Shown: in pieces, positions 39,640-40,769 of the stretch | How the letters are laid out: every line of letters starts with the position of its first letter | How positions within the stretch are numbered: position 1 is the stretch's first letter | Assembly (NCBI GenBank): GCA_027339965.1 | Contig: DAHWNL010000007.1 | Coordinates: 1-40,769, forward strand | Direction: 5' to 3' | Origin: Granulicella sp. | GTDB lineage: Bacteria; Acidobacteriota; Terriglobia; Terriglobales; Acidobacteriaceae | DNA length: 40,769 bases | Made by a program: the position numbers and the translations under genes | The notes under the pieces: generated by a model | What the model was told of the DNA's origin: nothing | Databases searched by the model: none | The model's input: only the letters and a program-made list of their open reading frames with translations

Positions 39640-39845
39640 ACACTGGCCGGATCGACGAACGCCGGATAGCCGGCCGCCTTGAGGGCTTGTTGAATCTGTT
39701 CAGGCTCGGCGCTGGTGGTGATGCGAGCGCTGCCGATGCGGACCGCTTCGGCGTGGGTGTCAGGGAGAGTGTTGAGAGTCTGCGTGACGTGGCGGATGCA
39801 GGAGCCGCAGTGCATGTTTTCGATACGAAGGGTAAGTGTTGCCAT
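39636..39845 (-). CDS. copZ: Heavy-metal-associated domain copper chaperone
   Basis: 69 aa, MHCGSC, C-terminal AGY; 4-nt overlap with copA. Confidence 0.85.
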   Translation of the reverse strand: MATLTLRIENMHCGSCIRHVTQTLNTLPDTHAEAVRIGSARITTSAEPEQIQQALKAAGYPAFVDPASV

Positions 39846-39859
39846 AATTAAATATGATG

Positions 39860-39892
39860 CGTCCGCGACCCTACGGTCGCGGACGGCTTTTT
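39860..39892 (+). terminator. Perfect 11-bp hairpin with T-tract on the + strand
   Basis: CGTCCGCGACC-CTAC-GGTCGCGGACG followed by GCTTTTT. Confidence 0.55.
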
Positions 39893-39942
39893 ATGGTTCG
39901 ATCGGTTGATTTTTTACCCACGCTTTCGAAGGATGCACGGGG

Positions 39943-40590
39943 TCATTCGGGGATGCCGACCCCGATGCGGCCAGAGAGTGACGGGTTTGAGACCATGGGC
40001 GCGCCAGTGGAGATGACGGGGTAGCCGGCGACAGCGTTGAGCAGTTCGATGCCGCCCAGGAGAAGTGCGTCGATGCCGGTGAGCAGGCCAAGATAGCCGC
40101 CGAGCTTGCCCCAGGACGCACCGAAGCCGAAGTCCTTGGTGGCCAGGGCGAAGAAAGTGACAAAAAGCAGGAAAAAGACGCTCCAGAGCATCTTGTTGAG
40201 ACGGAAGGTCACAATCCAAAAGATAAACGTGATGACGCCCCACAGCATAAGCGCTGTGGCCATGCCCACTGGAGCTGGAGCCTTCAGCCAGCCGGCGCCA
40301 AGCGTCCAGAGCAAGAGCGAGAACCACCACCAGAACGCGCCGTACGGGCAGAAGGCTACGCCCCCGAAGGTGTTTCCAAGCTTGAACTCGAAGACTCCAG
40401 CGACGAACTGAGCCGTGCCGCCGTAGGCAAAAGCCGGGGGAACGACAACGGCGAGCGCCTCTGGAGGAAGCAAGCCAGAGTTGATCGAAGACAGAAGCAG
40501 CGTGGTGAGACCAAAGCCGAAGAGTCCAAGGGGACCGGAGTTCGCGGCTTTGACGGTGGGTGTAACAGGCACAGGGGCGGTGGGGCTCAT
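39943..40590 (-). CDS. satP: Acetate uptake transporter, GPR1/FUN34/YaaH (SatP) family
   Basis: ANSGPLGLFGFG (variant of NPAPLGL), AYGGTAQFVAG, GNTFG, YGAFW; six TM helices; GGAG SD. Confidence 0.85.
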   Translation of the reverse strand: MSPTAPVPVTPTVKAANSGPLGLFGFGLTTLLLSSINSGLLPPEALAVVVPPAFAYGGTAQFVAGVFEFKLGNTFGGVAFCPYGAFWWWFSLLLWTLGAGWLKAPAPVGMATALMLWGVITFIFWIVTFRLNKMLWSVFFLLFVTFFALATKDFGFGASWGKLGGYLGLLTGIDALLLGGIELLNAVAGYPVISTGAPMVSNPSLSGRIGVGIPE

Positions 40591-40628
40591 GATGGACTCC
40601 GTTTTCTGATCTTGTTGTTCGTTTTTCG

Positions 40629-40769
40629 GGCTCTTGACGAGAAAGTGGAAAGGGGGTCATTTTACGCGGCTTTCTGAAAAGCGACCCATTGGGTCTTTGT
40701 GGCGGCCAGGCGTTGCGCTTTGAGGAGCAGGTAGTTCAGGTTGCGATAGCCTCTTCCGCGGCGGAGCAG
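40629..40769 (-). mobile_element. 3' end of an ISL3-family insertion sequence, truncated by the window edge
   Basis: The minus strand reads LLRRGRGYRNLNYLLLKAQRLAATKTQWVAFQKAA* (stop 40662-40664), matching the ISL3 transposase C-terminal RRxxGYRN motif. The element ends in GGCTCTT at 40629, a typical ISL3 terminus. Confidence 0.78.
40662..40769 (-). CDS. ISL3-family transposase, C-terminal fragment (partial)
   Basis: 35 codons plus TAA by manual translation; not in the ORF track. Confidence 0.75.
   Translation of the reverse strand: MLRRGRGYRNLNYLLLKAQRLAATKTQWVAFQKAA

Overview
A GC-rich bacterial chromosomal segment. Gene content (fused LptF-LptG, 8-stranded-type outer-membrane barrels, M48-like exported protein, GGGTGCCCCRCATCTCG repeats) suggests Acidobacteriota; this is inference. 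Both window edges are insertion-sequence ends missing from the ORF track. On the left, the 3' end of an IS256-family element truncates an already frameshifted LysR gene. On the right, the 3' end of an ISL3-family element lies 38 bp upstream of a satP-like acetate transporter. Between them are: a DUF6516/HTH putative toxin-antitoxin pair; an MDR oxidoreductase; a leuA-leuB-(exported Ivy-like protein)-leuC-leuD-ilvB-ilvN-ilvC cluster divergent from a LysR regulator with two palindromic LysR boxes; two small OM barrels; an M48-like protein and a GH130-like protein, both with degenerate catalytic motifs; TonB; a dipeptidase; a three-subunit sdhCAB; rdgB; a GT2; an ABC half-exporter; an FKBP PPIase; fused lptFG; and copZ-copA. 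The most notable locus is a two-gene porin-cytochrome module: a decaheme DmsE/MtrA-family cytochrome plus an unusually long Cys-containing MtrB/PioB-like barrel. It is preceded by a perfect TGTGA-N6-TCACA palindrome and has no MtrC or CymA partner nearby. No rRNA, tRNA or CRISPR array was seen. All family assignments come from motif recognition by eye; no searches were run.
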